From the NCBI GenBank assembly GCA_017934955.1, contig JAGBIO010000035.1, positions 32,057-64,056 on the forward strand: DNA of 32,000 bases, given 5' to 3'. Position numbers and translations under genes: made by a program. The notes below the pieces were generated by a model, which saw only the letters and a program-made list of their open reading frames with translations, was not told where the DNA came from and ran no database searches. The stretch is from Clostridia bacterium (GTDB lineage: Bacteria; Bacillota; Clostridia; TANB77; RGIG9151). Below are positions 31,981 to 32,000 of the stretch, piece by piece (the first letter of the stretch is position 1; each line of letters begins with the position of its first letter).

Positions 31981-32000
31981 AACAAACGTCTTTCCTTTCG

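Overview
The window looks like a chromosomal segment of a low-GC, spore-forming Firmicute of Clostridia type. Markers are a SigF/SigG-like sigma factor, a SleB-domain hydrolase, long-form HPF, ZapA and RemB-GyrB. Most genes lie on the minus strand and are ordinary housekeeping or envelope genes: a FemAB fragment, alr, an SDR, nadE, a VTC/DUF4956/beta-helix lipoprotein operon, an RluA-family synthase, a SAM methyltransferase, hpf, a CapA-family protein, zapA, an RNHCP protein, a REC-HD-GYP regulator, lspA, gyrB, a DUF370 protein, a family-5 solute-binding protein, a ParE/RelE-Phd toxin-antitoxin pair and tRNA-Thr(CGU). Four things are not ordinary. (1) Two tandem, complete transcription units (1818-3605) encode paralogs. 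Their promoter, leader and terminator are nearly identical, but a short C-terminal patch is hypervariable, with motif spacing like C-type-lectin/FGE-fold DGR variable proteins. No reverse transcriptase or template repeat is visible in the window. (2) A 775-aa protein has a roughly 400-aa N-terminus built almost entirely of a 5-residue G-[YF]-[DN]-x-x repeat that I cannot assign to a named family. It is co-transcribed with a 68-aa coiled-coil partner. (3) Nearly every intergenic region longer than about 100 bp carries palindromic repeats built on GGACAGCAT-N2-ATGCTGTCC, with compensatory stem variants, and two genes end inside these elements. (4) A roughly 92-nt module occurs three times; two copies are nested in the loop of the first repeat family's hairpin. 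It has two hairpins with a conserved 11-nt loop (GAACGWAGTGA) and covarying stems. There is also a head-to-head pair of 5'-truncated exopolysaccharide genes next to the toxin-antitoxin pair and the tRNA. All functional calls rest on motif recognition by eye. No database search, folding or statistics were run.
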